64,000 nucleotides of DNA from Eledone cirrhosa (taxonomy: Eukaryota): positions 43,214,001 through 43,278,000 of the forward strand of contig OZ024751.1 in NCBI GenBank assembly GCA_964016885.1, written 5' to 3'. Of this stretch, positions 14,186 to 28,736 are shown piece after piece (position 1 is the first letter of the stretch; the number at the start of each line of letters is the position of its first letter). The position numbers were made by a program, and so were the translations under genes. A model generated the notes under the pieces. The model worked only from the letters and a program-made list of their open reading frames with translations. It was not told the DNA's origin and searched no databases.

Positions 14186-14329
14186 GCGCTTGATCAAGGA
14201 GCAGCATGAGATAAAGTGTCTTGCTCAAGGACACACTCGGTTCGAGAATCGAAATTGGGTAGTCGGTGGCTAGACGGAAGCCCGTTCTCGTTCTTCTTCT
14301 TCTTCATCTTCTTCTTATTATTATTATTC

Positions 14330-14685
14330 TTTTCATCATCATCGCCACCATCACCATTACTATCATTACCATCGCCACCACCACCACCATTACTATCATT
14401 ACCATCACCACCACCACCACTACCATCATTACCATCGCCACCACCACCACCATCATTACCATCGCCACCACCACTACCATCTTTACCATCACCACCCCCA
14501 CCACCACCACCATTACTATCATTACCATCACCACCACCACCACTACCATCATTACCATCGCCACCACCACCACCATCATTACCATCGCCACCACCACTAC
14601 CATCATTACCATCGCCACCACCACTACCATCATTACCATCGCCACCACCACTACCATCATCACCATTATCATCCTCACCACCACA
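14330..14685. repeat. Compound (CCA/CAT)n minisatellite
   Basis: Recurring catcattaccatcgccaccaccac unit. Confidence 0.9.
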
Positions 14686-14996
14686 ACTTCTTCCTCCCCA
14701 CCCTTTCTCTTCTTCTCTGCCCTTCCATATTTTCCTACTCCAATCCCTTTTCTCTCCAGTCATCTCTATCCTATCCTCTCTCCCTCTCACCATCCCGACT
14801 CCCCCCCCCTCTCTCTCCCTTTCTCCCTATTGCTCCCGCTCTCTCACTCTCTCTCACTCCCTCTCACCATCTCGACCCCCTATCTTTCTGTCTCTCCCTC
14901 TTTCTCCCTATTGCTCCCGCTCTCTCTCTCCCTCCCTCTCACCATCTCGACCCCTATCTTTCTGTCTCTCCCTCTTTCTCCCTCTCGCTCCTCCAA

Positions 14997-15032
<36 letters not shown>

Positions 15033-15267
15033 CTCCCCATCTCGACTCCACCCTCCGTTCTCTCACCATCTCGACCCCCGCTGTTCTCTCTCCCCCTCTC
15101 CCCCCTCTCTCTCTCTTCACTACATCAATACATTCCTTACACAGTCTGTCTTAGTACTTAACTGTCTACACTACCTTGTCCCCCCTCCCCAAACAACAGT
15201 ATTTGGTGCATATGTAAATATTTACACTGTCGTTAAAACTTGCTGAGAAGAGAATACTGTATAGGGC

Positions 15268-15401
15268 TGTTGTGGTGGTGGTGGTTACTGTTGCTGTTGC
15301 TGTGGTGGTGGTGGTGGTGGTGGTGGTGGTTACTGTTGTTGTTGCTGTGGTGGTGGTGGTTGTTGTTGTTGCTGTGGTGGTGGTGGTGGTTGTGGTGGTG
15401 G

Positions 15402-15441
<40 letters not shown>

Positions 15442-15855
15442 GGTGGTGGTGGTGGTGGTGGTGGTGGTGGTGGTGGTAATGTTGTTGTTGTGGTGGTGGT
15501 GGTGGTTGTGGTGGTGGTTACTGTTGTTGTTGTTGTGGTGGTGGTGGTTACTGTTGTTGTTGTTGTGGTGGTTGTTGAGGTGGTTACTGTTGTTGTTGTT
15601 ACTGTTGTTGTGGTGGTTGTTGAGGTGGTGGTGGTTACTGTTGTGGTGGTGGTGGTGGTTACTGTTGTTGTTGTGGTGGTGGTTGTTGTTGTTGTTACTG
15701 TTGTTGTTGTGGTTGTTCTTGTTGTGGTTACTGATGTTGTTGTTGCTATTGTTGATGTTGTGGCTATTGGTGTTGTTGTTTTTTATGGTGCTCTTGCTGG
15801 TGGTGTCGGTGGTGGTGGCGTGGTGGTGGTGGTGGTGGCGGTGGCGGCGGCGGCG
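15268..15855. repeat. (GGT/GTT)n compound microsatellite
   Basis: Direct reading of the sequence. Confidence 0.9.
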
Positions 15856-15887
15856 GAGTAGAAAGTTGATTATATCGAACTAATATT

Positions 15888-16028
15888 TCATTTTATCGAC
15901 CCCTGAATAAATGAAAGGTAAGGCAAAGCTTAACCTCAACAGAATTTGAACTCATTAAGGGGCGTAGCAGTACGGCTACCACAAAGCATATTCTCCAACG
16001 CTCTACCGATTTTGCCAGCCCACCGCCC
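15888..16028 (-). mobile_element. SINE family 1 (diverged)
   Basis: ttttatcgacccc...atgaaagg...aacctc...gaatttgaactc...cgctctaccgattttgcca. Confidence 0.7.
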
Positions 16029-16220
16029 TCGCTTTTGTTAATTAATGCATGTGCATAGCATGATTTATGGGCAGAGTTCCATGGAATTTCGGAATGTTGA
16101 TTAAAGATAAGGTAATGTTGCTTAACAAACATCTACTGTCAGTTTATCACATTGATTCAGCTTAAATATGTACTACCTGGCTGTTTTGCTGGGATTCTAC
16201 ACACCTACACATTTGCAGTC

Positions 16221-16258
<38 letters not shown>

Positions 16259-16260
16259 AT

Positions 16261-16296
<36 letters not shown>

Positions 16297-16681
16297 GTGT
16301 ATGTTTATATATATATGTATATATATATATATATATATATAAACATACACATAGACCTGTGCGAAATTCCTTCCTTGTTTACATTTCAACCAGGTTTGAT
16401 GGTCTTTATTCTCTCGTTCACGATTCCACCGAATTTATATTCATAGAAATCTGGGACTTGTTTCTTCTTCATCACTTTCTGCTGCTTAAAGCATTTTGTC
16501 TGTTTACCCTAGCGTCCCCTTTATTTACGTGTCCCAACGACTTTTTTTAGCCGTTGCTCGCACCAACCTGAGGTATATGGCCTTTAATGCGACGAAATGC
16601 CTACGACGGTTGGAAGGCCACTGATGAGGACACATTTTTTCATATGTAACCCATTTGCAGCGCCGCAGCTCCATTATTATC

Positions 16682-16728
<47 letters not shown>

Positions 16729-16772
16729 GATATATATTTATATATGTGTGTGTATATATATATATATATATA

Positions 16773-16946
16773 AAGAAGAGCTTCTACGGGACTAGAACTG
16801 TTTCATTCGTGGTGATTTCTCACGAATGAAACAGTTCTACAGTTGTAGTCCTGTAGAAGCTCTTCTATATTAAAACTTTTATACTCTGCTATGTATTGAG
16901 TACCTTACTTACTGTGGTTACCTCCGATTCAACCCGGAATAACTTA
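16773..16946. mobile_element. Fold-back PLE-like fragment, family P4
   Basis: agaagagcttctac...tgtttcattcgtg / cacgaatgaaaca...gtagaagctcttct hairpin in (TA)n; gtattgagtac motif shared with P1. Confidence 0.5.
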
Positions 16947-16964
16947 TATATATGTATATATATA

Positions 16965-17019
<55 letters not shown>

Positions 17020-17077
17020 GTGTATATATATATACGTGCCCAAATACATACATCCATACATGCATAAAATGCATGTA

Positions 17078-17120
<43 letters not shown>

Positions 17121-17205
17121 AATACATACATAGATGCATACTTACATATATATGTATGTACGAACGTACGTACATAGACTCGTACACACACACACAACCA
17201 AGTGC

Positions 17206-17239
<34 letters not shown>

Positions 17240-17285
17240 TTACTTAAAGAAATAAATGTATAAACAAATCATTATCATCATCATC

Positions 17286-17750
17286 GCCTGAAGACGAGCA
17301 CTTACCTCTTCGGTAATGCCCTGATTGACTTTTTCAAATTTCATTTGAAAAGGAAAATCAGAGTAGAGAGGGAAGTGCTCTCTTCCCAGCATTTTGTTGA
17401 AAGATGGGTGAGAGATGCAAGAATGGCCCGAGTGAATGGGCCTACTCTGAGCATGTGTCTGTAAATTAAAGGTGGAAAACTGGGAGAGGGCACTTGCCCT
17501 GGTGGTCAGGGTCACTGTGGTTTTTTAATGGGCTTTCTCCACGAATGTCCCTCGGAAGTCTCCCCCCTCCCCCCCTATTGGGGAATTTTTCATTGTTATT
17601 TTTTTGTTACATCCTCTGTTTTTGTTTTTTACACGCAGAAATGCCCATTTGTACCGCCCTGTATTGTCCTGTACTGTCCTTAATGTCTACTTTATATAGA
17701 CCCTTGTGGTCAATAAAGAAAGCGTTATTATTATTATTATTATTATTATT
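17286..17750 (+). mobile_element. 3' end of a Tx1/L1-clade LINE
   Basis: Frame LIDFFKFHLKRKIRVEREVLSSQHFVERWVRDARMARVNGPTLSMCL-stop, then a 3' UTR, AATAAA and a (TTA)n tail. Confidence 0.7.
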
Positions 17751-17902
17751 AGATAGACAAACCGTTTCGATGGCTAAATGGGAAATTAATTAAACAGTCT
17801 GTTTTGGCTTCAGACACTTCTTTCCCTCTCTCTCTTTCTCCCCCTCTCTTTCTCCCCCCCCCCCCCCCACTCTCTCTCTCTCTCTGTATATATATATATA
17901 TA

Positions 17903-17982
17903 TAGTAAAAAATTGAACTGGAACAAAACAGAGAGGCAGTACCAACAAAGGTTTATTAGTTTCAGGCTCTTGAGAGTGGGGT
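17903..17982. mobile_element. Repeat family P5 fragment
   Basis: Reverse-complement homolog at 46899-46977; both lie in (TA)n. Confidence 0.55.
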
Positions 17983-18010
17983 GGTGGTATATATATATAC
18001 ACATACATGC

Positions 18011-18103
<93 letters not shown>

Positions 18104-18209
18104 CATACATGCATATATATACATATATATACATGCATATTATATACATACATGCATATATATACATATATGTATACATGCATATAATATGCATACGTGC
18201 ATATATATA

Positions 18210-18322
<113 letters not shown>

Positions 18323-18488
18323 TAGCTGCACTGTGTCTCTAATCAGTAAACGGTTGACTGAAGATGCAGTCATCTATTACGCTTTGTTGCAACTAACAGT
18401 TTTAGCCAATTTGATTTTACATCAAGCATATTGCGAAAGAATTACTGTTAATATATATATATTCATATGTGTATATATATATATATGG

Positions 18489-18523
<35 letters not shown>

Positions 18524-18573
18524 TATATATATAATATATATATATATATAATATATATATATATATAATATAT

Positions 18574-18611
<38 letters not shown>

Positions 18612-18910
18612 ATATATAATATATATATATAATATATATATATAAGTAATATATAATATATATATATATAATATATATATATAATATATATATAATATAT
18701 ATATATAATATATATATATATATAATATATATATATAATATATATATATATATAATATATATATATAATATATATATATATATATAATATATATATATAT
18801 ATAATATATATATATAATATATATATATATATAATATATATATATATATAATATATATATATAATATATATATATATATAATATATATATATATATAATA
18901 TATATATATA

Positions 18911-18973
<63 letters not shown>

Positions 18974-18977
<4 letters not shown>

Positions 18978-19120
18978 TTTCTGAATTTGTTTAGCAAGAT
19001 TCTTTATCTGAAAACGTGTGTTGAAACCGATGTTGTTATACTTTGGGAGGGTCATGTTGCCAATAAGAAACTGGTGCGTGTGTTTCTTATTGGCAACATG
19101 ACCCTCCCAAAGTATAACGA
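18974..19120. mobile_element. Family P3 fragment with fold-back
   Basis: gttatactttgggagggtcatgttgccaataagaaac is followed by its reverse complement at ~19082-19118. Confidence 0.55.
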
Positions 19121-19159
19121 TATATATATATACATATATATATAATATATATATATATA

Positions 19160-19236
19160 CAGGGTATCTAAAAAAATGTATACACACTTCTATTAGAGTA
19201 CTGTTGGAGTGTGTAGACATTTTTTGGGACACCCTG
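19160..19236. mobile_element. Tc1/mariner-type MITE
   Basis: TIRs cagggtatctaaaaaaatgtatacacact / agtgtgtagacattttttgggacaccctg, flanked by TA. Confidence 0.75.
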
Positions 19237-19269
19237 TATATATATTTATGTCTGTACGTATATCTGTAT

Positions 19270-19680
19270 GTATATATGTATAACTATATATTTATGCATG
19301 TATTTATGTATCTTTGTATGTATATATATATGTATAACTATGTATTTATGTATCTTTGTATGTATGTATATATGTACGTATAACTATGTATTTATGCATG
19401 TATTTATGTATCATTGTATGTATGTATATATGTATAACTATGTATTTATGCATGTATGTATGTATGTATGTATGTATGTATGTATAACTATGTATTTATG
19501 TATCTTTGTATGTATGTATGTATGTATGTATATATGTATAACTATGTATTTATGCATGTATTTATGTATCTTTGTATGTATGTATGTATGAATGTATGTA
19601 TGTATGTATGTATATATGTATAACTATGTATTTATGCATGTATTTATGTATCTTTGTATGTATGTATGTATGTATGTATG
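19270..19680. repeat. Compound tandem repeat based on tgtataactatgtatttatg...tatctttgtatg
   Basis: About 7 degenerate units; the array continues after the insertion at 20292. Confidence 0.8.
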
Positions 19681-20291
19681 TGTCAGGTCACCAGTTGGTA
19701 CTACTGGTAACATGTATCCCAGTACAACCTGTCTCATGGTCGGGTCGTTGGCGACTAAACTGGCAACCCCACCAAGGTTTCTTGGTGAGGAGGGTGACTT
19801 TGGACATCCTGCAGGACTAAAAACAAAACCTGTCAAAGGGCAAAGGAGCTCTTAAGAGTCAATGGCCATCCAAAATCACCGGGAGAGATGACCCCTTAGC
19901 CTTTGTCAAGGCAGAATTCTAGGAGAAGGAAAACTCTGATATAACACCTACAACTCTGATGGTATCCAATGATGTTGACTTGTTCTTCTTTTTGGTAAAT
20001 ATCATCTTGGTTAAGAGAGTGGGACTGGCTTTGTGCAGTGCCTTTGCTCACTATAAAAGCTTCACGGCACAGGCATTGCTTTATATCTGGAGATCTCTCT
20101 GCACTTGTCATCACATGGTACCATGGGCCCAGCACTGTGTGTCAATAATTGTCACAGGTGTAGTGTTTGTACCAGAGTTTTCAAGTCGCTGGCTGGACTA
20201 AAAAGTCACACTCGTTCAGCGCATCGGTAGGGGCTTCTCCTACATGGATATAAAGTAGTGGCCGTACTCGAAAACGAGTTGGCAGCCACCA
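19681..20291 (+). mobile_element. ~610-bp non-autonomous retroelement copy B (full length)
   Basis: Near-identical reverse complement of 37926-38531 and 42908-43517; contains taggagaaggaaaactctga, reminiscent of RTE 5' UTRs. Strand inferred from the truncation polarity of copy A. Confidence 0.85.
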
Positions 20292-20711
20292 TATATGTAT
20301 AACTATGTATTTATGCATGTATTTATGTATCTTTGTATGTATGTATGTATCTTTCTATCTATTTCTGTATGTATGTATCTATGCATGAATGCATGTATAT
20401 ATGTATGCATGAATTTGTATGTATTTATGTATGTATGTATTAAACCAATTATGAGTAACTATAAAGTATATGTAAACATTGGGACCCATGTTCGGTATCC
20501 GCGAAAGGCATCGCACTCGAGAGACTCGAACCCCCGTAACTATCGATCACCGGGGGAACGTGTGTCACAGTTAGAGGTGGGCTAGGAAATTCCAGCTCCC
20601 TTTCCCCTCGTTGTTTTATATATCAAATTAATGGCATTTATATAGGTTTTTAATTTGTTTGCATATGTAAATGTATGGTCTTACACAGACATATACATTC
20701 ATATATATAAA

Positions 20712-20751
<40 letters not shown>

Positions 20752-20855
20752 TTTTTATATATATATATATACAAACATGCATACATATATGCATAGATGC
20801 ATACTTGTGTTTTTATATGTATGTATGTATGTATATATATATATATGTATGTATG

Positions 20856-20923
<68 letters not shown>

Positions 20924-21224
20924 ATTCGATATAGGTATAAAATTTCAACATTTAATCTGCTGGGATTAAGATCTAAACGAATGTCGGCATGGAACCATGG
21001 CATGGATTTCATGGTATTGCTACTAAATATAAATACCACATCCTTACACAAAATAAACGTATAGGCATCTATAACCACACACACACACGCACATATATAT
21101 ATATATATATACACATATATACACATATATATATGTGTATATATATATGACTATATATATATATGATATTTATGTATTGATATGTAGGTGTACGTTCGTG
21201 TATATATATATATTTATATATATG

Positions 21225-21262
<38 letters not shown>

Positions 21263-21266
<4 letters not shown>

Positions 21267-21422
21267 CGACGGCAGAGCTCAAGCCGTTTCAACGGCTAGC
21301 CGTTGAAACACCTTGAGCTCTGCCGTCGGTGTCATACTTTCTCCTATTACCCACTCTACTACCCTAAGTATTGAGTACTCTGGTGCGTTATGGTCCACCT
21401 GGTTCCTTACCACAACTCCTCC

Positions 21423-21425
<3 letters not shown>
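21263..21425. mobile_element. Fold-back PLE fragment, family P1
   Basis: ccccgacggcagagctcaagccgtttcaacggct / agccgttgaaac...gccgtcgg. Confidence 0.6.
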
Positions 21426-21470
<45 letters not shown>

Positions 21471-21519
21471 ATAAATGTAACAAACAAAACACAGAGGGCA
21501 ATTTTCCACGATTCGTACA

Positions 21520-21586
<67 letters not shown>

Positions 21587-21626
21587 GTGAGAGGGAGATT
21601 TAAGAGAATTGTGAAGTAAAAGAAAT

Positions 21627-22762
21627 AATTGTTTCTACATTTGGCACAAGGCCAGCAATTACCCAGTACATTACTGGTACTTTATTTTATCGACCCCGTA
21701 AGGATGAAAGGCAAAGTTAACCTCGGCGAAATTTGAACTCAGACTGTAAAAGGACGTAACTATGCTAGAAAACATGGCGTCCAACCCTCTAGAAGTAAAA
21801 GAAATAATACGCATGTTTTTATTTATGTGATGTAGAAGAAATGATTTATTCTTTCCGTTGTGTGACTTCATATTAAACTTACACTACAATGTCGCTAATT
21901 CCTAATTATATATAATTATTCGTTGAGCACATTTACTAAATAATATTTCGTAGGTTTTGAGTTAGAATGTCGATTAGAATATTTGGTGGTATTCGTACCG
22001 GCTGTGTGCTCTCTTGTTTTAAATTCCGCAAAGGTCAACTTTGCATTTCATCTATTCGAGGTCGATAAAAAAAATGTACCAGTCTAGTACTGGGGTCGAT
22101 TCTTCCTCTATATCTCTTTCTCATTTCCTTTCTCTCTTTATCTATATCCTTCTTTGGAAGAAATCTCCTATATTTGCTATATTCAAGCTTGGAAAGGTGA
22201 TGGGTTCCACCAACTTTTTTTTTAAATGCTTTAAGAAACGCCGTATGTCAATATGGCGCCTCTCCGACATCTTCTGGGGTTATGGGTCCATACAATGTAA
22301 CAGTTGAGTAATAATTGTTTCTACATTTGGCACAAGGCCAGCAATTACCCAGTGCATTACTGGTACTTTTATTTTATCGACCCCGTAAGGATGAATGTCA
22401 AAGTTAACGTTGACGGGATTTGAACTCAGATCGTAAAGGGACGTAACTATGCAAGAAAGCATGGCGTCCAACTCTCGACCGATACTGCCAATTCATCGCC
22501 TACGTTGATTAATAATTGTTTCTACTTTATACAGAATAGTGTTATCTCATTTCAATAATTCCTTGAGATGCCTTTACTTAACAAGAGAAATAATTGTTTC
22601 TACTTTAGGTACAAGGCCAGCAATTACCCAGTGCATTACTGGTACTTTATTTTATCGACCCCGTAAGGATGAAAGGCAAAGTCAACCTCGGCGGGATTTG
22701 AACTCAGATCGTAAAGGGACGTAACTATGCTGGAAAGCATGGCGTCCGACCCTCTACCGATA
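21627..22762. mobile_element. Cluster of four SINE family 1 copies (21627-21792 -, ~21955-22100 +, 22310-22500 -, 22589-22762 -)
   Basis: Repeated ctggtactttattttatcgaccccgtaaggatgaa core. Confidence 0.8.
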
Positions 22763-23209
22763 GATTAATATGTCCAGTTCATGTGAGACATTGCGGCCAC
22801 AGGGTGAAAAGATCATGCCTGAATGGTTCAACTAGGAAATAGCTAAGAAAATCAGCCAATCAAATCAAATGAAATGTTCAGTCATTTATTTGTTGATTTT
22901 TAGTTTTATTCAGTATTCGTTTATCCTTATGTTTAACTGTTTCTTAAGACGATATGGTTGTATTGGACGAAAGACTTCTTGGAAGCCATGTTGCTGTGTA
23001 TGGACATACCAGTCCCTTCACGTTTTACGTGTCTATAGACAGAAGTGGTATATATATATATATTGGTACAGACTTAGGTGTATATAATGTATAAACAGTC
23101 TTTTATTGGTTTCAATAATGTTTATAACTCATATACACCTACGTGTGTACCGATATATAAATACATACATACACACACACACACACATATATGTATGTAT
23201 GTATGTATG

Positions 23210-23259
<50 letters not shown>

Positions 23260-23399
23260 CATACACACACACACACATATTTGTATGTATGTATGTATGT
23301 ATATATATATATATATATATAGTATATAGGAAATAGTATATATTTTATCTAATAATTCTAAGGACATGATTTATAATATATATATATATATATATATAA

Positions 23400-23485
<86 letters not shown>

Positions 23486-23496
23486 TTGTATGTATG

Positions 23497-23533
<37 letters not shown>

Positions 23534-23574
23534 TATAGGAAATAGTATATATTTTATCTAATAATTCTAAGGAC

Positions 23575-23579
23575 ATGAT

Positions 23580-23640
<61 letters not shown>

Positions 23641-23998
23641 ATGTATATATATATGTGTATGTATATATATATGTGTATGTATATATATATGTGTATGTAT
23701 ATATATATGTGTATGTATATATATACTATAGGTAGTATGGCTACTGTAGTGAGAGTCGAGGGAGATCGTTCATTCTATACAAACATACATACATGATGCT
23801 CTCTTTACACACCATATATGTGTATATATATATATATTTATATATATATATATATATGTGATATATATATATATATATGCTATATATATATATATATATA
23901 CATATATATGTGTGTGTGTCTGTGTGTGTGTGTATGTATGTATGTATATATATATATATATGTGTGAGTGTGTATATATATATATGTATGTATGTATG

Positions 23999-24036
<38 letters not shown>

Positions 24037-24043
24037 AGTATGT

Positions 24044-24096
<53 letters not shown>

Positions 24097-24918
24097 TGTA
24101 TGTATGTATATATATGTATGTATGTATATATATGTATGTATGTATATATATGTATGTATGTATATATATGTATGTATGTATATATGTATGTATGTATATA
24201 TATATGTATGTATGTATATATATATGTATGTATGTATATATGTATGTATATATATATATGTATGTATATATATGTATATATGTATGTATATATATATGTA
24301 TGTATATATATGTATATATGTATGTATATATATATATGTATGTATATATATATATATATGTATGTATATATATATATATATGTATGTATATATATATATG
24401 TATGTATATATATATATATATGTATGTATATATATATATATATGTATGTATATATATATATATATGTATGTATATATATATATATATATGTATGTATATA
24501 TATATATATATGTATGTATATATATATATATATATAAATGTATATATATATATAAATGTATATATATATATAAATGTATATATATATATAAATGTATATA
24601 TATATAAAAATGTATATATTTAGATATAAATGTATATATATATAAAAATGTATATATATATATATAAATGTATATATATATATATATAAATGTATATATA
24701 TATATATAAATGTATATATATATATATATAAATGTATATATATATATATATAAATGTATATATATATAAAAATGTATATATATATATATATAAATGTATA
24801 TATATATATATAAATGTATATATATATATATATAAATGTACATATATATATAAATGTACATATATATATATATATAAATGTACATTTATATATATATATA
24901 TATATATATATGTACATT

Positions 24919-24957
<39 letters not shown>

Positions 24958-24960
24958 ATG

Positions 24961-24991
<31 letters not shown>

Positions 24992-25055
24992 GTATATGTA
25001 TATGTATATATATATATATGTATATGTATATATATATATATGTATATGTATATAT

Positions 25056-25089
<34 letters not shown>

Positions 25090-25105
25090 ATGTATATGTA
25101 TATAT

Positions 25106-25137
<32 letters not shown>

Positions 25138-25140
25138 GTG

Positions 25141-25180
<40 letters not shown>

Positions 25181-25262
25181 TGTATATGTATATATATATA
25201 TGTATATGTATATATATATATATGTATATGTATATATATATATATGTATATGTATATATATA

Positions 25263-25334
<72 letters not shown>

Positions 25335-25572
25335 AATGTACGTATGTATATATATATATATATGTACGTATATATGTATGTATATATATATATATATGTA
25401 CGTATATATGTATGTATATATATATATAAATGTACGTATGTATATATATATATATATGTACGTATATATGTATGTATATATATATATATATGTACGTATA
25501 TATGTATGTATATATATATATAAATGTACGTATATATGTATGTATATATATATATAAATGTACGTATATATG

Positions 25573-25605
<33 letters not shown>
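23575..25605. repeat. ~2-kb compound (TA)/(TATG) satellite
   Basis: Direct reading; successive blocks with different interruption motifs (TATG, TAAATG, TACG). Confidence 0.9.
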
Positions 25606-25609
<4 letters not shown>

Positions 25610-26383
25610 TTTTTATAGATATTTATGCATATCAACAGTATTTGTATATACACATATACATACCTATATAAAGATAGCCATATATATATGTATAGATATA
25701 CACATATATATACATTTACATATACCTATAGATACACATACATCATACGTATATACATACATGTATACGTATGTATGTCAATGTATGTAAATATATATGT
25801 ATGTATATATATATATATATATATGTATATAAATGTGTATGTATATGTATGTATATATGTATGTATGTATGTATGTATATATGTCTGTCTGTATGTATGT
25901 ATGTATACATTTATGTAATTATGTATGTATGTAAGTGTATATACATTGTGTTCAGGATTCCAGCCTTAGTTATCGTAAATAAATCTATTCTTTGGTAGTT
26001 TCTCTGGTTTGTTAAACACCGTTTGATAATATGCTAAGACTTGAGGTGGGTTTTATTTTCACCATTTTTCCTTCTCGTAGACTAAATACTATTTGTTTTA
26101 GATTTTGCATTGTTGCTTTGATGGTTTACAGATTAAAGTATTTTGTATTTTACATGATAATTACCATGTGTTCCTGTCTTCTTGCCCCGTGGTGGGCTGG
26201 TCTGTTTTGTTTGAATGTAAGGTACAGAAATGTAAAGAAAAAGGAATTTTTTAAAATACATAAATATATAAAATATGTGTAAATAAAGATGGATGGATGC
26301 TTATATAAAAGTATAAAATAGTTTTTGAAAGAAGGAAATATACATATATGTATGTATATATGTATGTATATATATATTTTAAT

Positions 26384-26414
<31 letters not shown>

Positions 26415-26517
26415 TATGTATATATATTTATATACATATTATATATATATATACATATATATATATACTCTTTTAATCTTTTACCTGTTCCAGCCAGCCG
26501 GCTGAGGCCATGCTGGG

Positions 26518-26601
<84 letters not shown>

Positions 26602-26704
26602 TATAGTTCGGAATAACAGAAAACAAAAAAACAGACAAACTCAGGAATAAATGTTACAATTATTATTAGTTTCACCCTTGGTGAGAGTAAGGGCATATAC
26701 ATAT

Positions 26705-26753
<49 letters not shown>

Positions 26754-27793
26754 GTGTATGCATACATACATATATGTGTTTGTGTGTATATATACATATA
26801 TATGTATGTCTTTGTATATATATATGTATGTATCGGATTGTAACATTAATTCCCGCCGTTGTTATAAAACTTTTTAATAAAATAATGGCGGGGATTTGTG
26901 TTACAACCCAATATTTAGTACAATGTAGAAATATATTAGTTTAACGCTTGATCTTTTTTCCATTCGTTACTGTCTCTTTTGCACTAGAGCCAGTGGTATC
27001 GATCTTAAACTACTGAAACGACGTGTATCTCTAGCGATCGACTGGTGAAATGTGACTGTCTGTATTTGTTCAATTTCCTGTTTTCACCCATATATATATT
27101 ATATATATTAAGTGATTCAGTAGATTTTTGGCTTACTGAGGATGTTACTAATATTAACACTCTATGCTATAACAGAGTGTATATATTAAGAACAAAACGA
27201 GGGTTTTATTGACTAGGGTCAGTTATGAAGGTTTCACAGATAGGTGGCTCAGGGTCCATATTAGTGCTATAGACCTGACTCTAGCCTCAATCTGCTCATC
27301 AGACTTGTTTATCAAGTAAATCGTTCGTAACTGAGCCTTTTCCGTTTATCGTTTTCGGTGCACCCGGCCGATTAACCCACTCGATATGCAAATTGGGCTA
27401 CTCAGCCGTTAATATGCATAAGGTAAGTATATACGTTCAACAATCTGGCAGGAAGGTATACGTTGCTGACGATAGCTAATAAGCTTGAAACTGGTACAGC
27501 GTTCCTTTGTCAGTGTTGAACAAACGAGCAACGATGGTTGCTGGACACTACGGCTTAATACGGGATGTTTGTTTACAAACACACCGAGCATTATAATAAA
27601 TGTTCGGTGAATCCATACGTACATATATATATATGTGTGTGCATGTATGTATATATATATATATATATATATATACATACTACTGTACGTCTGTATACAT
27701 ATATGTATGTACGTGTACATACTTATATTTAAGTAACAGCCGTACAAAGAGTGGGAAATGAAATTTCGTTTCATTTTTTCCGTTTATATATAT

Positions 27794-27902
27794 TAAAATA
27801 ACAGAATAAAGTTTAAGCAAAGAATCGCTGCTTTCACCTTATATATTTATCCTTATCGAGGCCTCTTTGGATTTTAGTCTTCACATTTATTATTATTACT
27901 AT
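27794..27902. mobile_element. Family P2 fragment, rearranged
   Basis: First half is colinear with 9856-9905; second half is the reverse complement of 9763-9822. Confidence 0.55.
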
Positions 27903-28431
27903 TTATATATAATATATATATATATATGTGTGTGTGTTTGTGTGTATGTGTGTAAGCGAGTGAGTTTATATATATATATATATGTATATATATATAGTTT
28001 AGCGAGGTTTTTTATATGAAATCGTGTGTCGAAACAGATATTGTTATACTTGGGGAGGGTCATATTTGCGTAATATTGCCAGAATTAATAACAGAACACA
28101 CTCACTGTTTGGTTGGTTTTCGCTTCTCGCTGTCTTTTATATCTGCGATCTAACTTACTCGGTCCTCAATGTTGCCATTGACTGACCGACGGTCAAAAAT
28201 AATACAGATACAATATAGACACAAACACATATATATAGTTTACATAATTTACATAAATCTTTCGTTGCACATCTGCAACATCGTCAGTGGTGTTATATTC
28301 TTTGTTCCTCCTGTTGTGTTGTATGTCTACGCCATTTTTTTATTCAGTCTGTCTATATATTTATTTATTTATTTGCTTGATTGTTTATCTTATTTTATTT
28401 TGTCTTCTTTGCGAATGCGTTTGCGTGTGTG

Positions 28432-28736
28432 TATAGTGTTATGTGTGCTGTGTGACTAGTGTGTATAGTGTTGTCTGCTGGGTGACTAGTGTGTGTTTAT
28501 GTGCTTGTTGTTATTGTGCTTCTGTATGTATTTATTTATCTTATTTTATTTTATTTTATTTACTTATTTATTTAATAATTTATTTAATAATTTATGTAAT
28601 AAGTAAATAAAATAAAATAAAATAAGATAAATAAATACATACAGAAGCACAATAACAAGAAGCACATAAACACACACTAGTCACCCAGCAGACACAACAC
28701 TATACACACTAGTCACACAGCACACATAACACTATA
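28432..28736. repeat. ~305-bp palindrome abutting the assembly gap
   Basis: Arms of ~137 bp are near-perfectly complementary; the right arm ends at the N run. Confidence 0.85.

Noticed and set aside
14194-15246. Gly/Asp-rich and Pro/Ser/Leu-rich ORFs
   Set aside because: Derived from trinucleotide and CT-rich repeats.
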